Shown here: positions 63,999 through 64,000 of the stretch, piece by piece | Position numbering within the stretch: position 1 is the stretch's first letter | Layout: every line of letters starts with the position of its first letter | DNA from: Deltaproteobacteria bacterium | Lineage (GTDB): Bacteria > Myxococcota_A > Polyangia > Fen-1088 | Assembly: GCA_033763315.1 (NCBI GenBank) | Contig: JANRKS010000002.1 | Span: forward strand, 32,001-96,000 | DNA: 64,000 nucleotides | Direction: 5' to 3' | The notes under the pieces: model-generated | The model's input: only the letters and a program-made list of their open reading frames with translations | Told to the model about the DNA's origin: nothing | The model's database searches: none | Made by a program: the position numbers and the translations under genes

Positions 63999-64000
63999 CA

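Overview
GC-rich bacterial DNA with a gene repertoire typical of Myxococcota (many Gly/Pro-linker lipoproteins, ECF sigma/anti-sigma cassettes, hybrid kinases). I found no rRNA, tRNA, CRISPR array, transposase or phage gene. All family calls come from motif recognition, not from database searches. Three themes dominate. (1) Five divergent copies of the uncharacterised two-gene module DUF1592/DUF1588 haem-c protein + Tat-exported His-rich DUF1552 protein, set among carbohydrate-active or carbohydrate-binding secreted proteins (GH9-CBM3 tail, CBM4-like, Cip1-like, lyase-like, CBM9-like, two beta-helix proteins) and two ECF cassettes. (2) A putative metal-uptake cluster (about 39.8-49.1 kb) with two divergent TonB-dependent receptors, His-bearing lipoproteins and a YcnI/DUF1775 protein. 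It includes a secreted His-rich leader ORF ending in an RGPP ribosome-arrest-like motif, followed by hairpins that abut the receptor's Shine-Dalgarno site; this is the best candidate for an undescribed regulatory system here. (3) Centre-deleted gene remnants (yciI, an arsR-acr3 fusion, arsC), the ars remnants lying next to an intact chrA. Also present: a sigma54 promoter with an upstream enhancer palindrome, an orphan N6-adenine methyltransferase and a sensor-less kinase built from 11-residue repeats.
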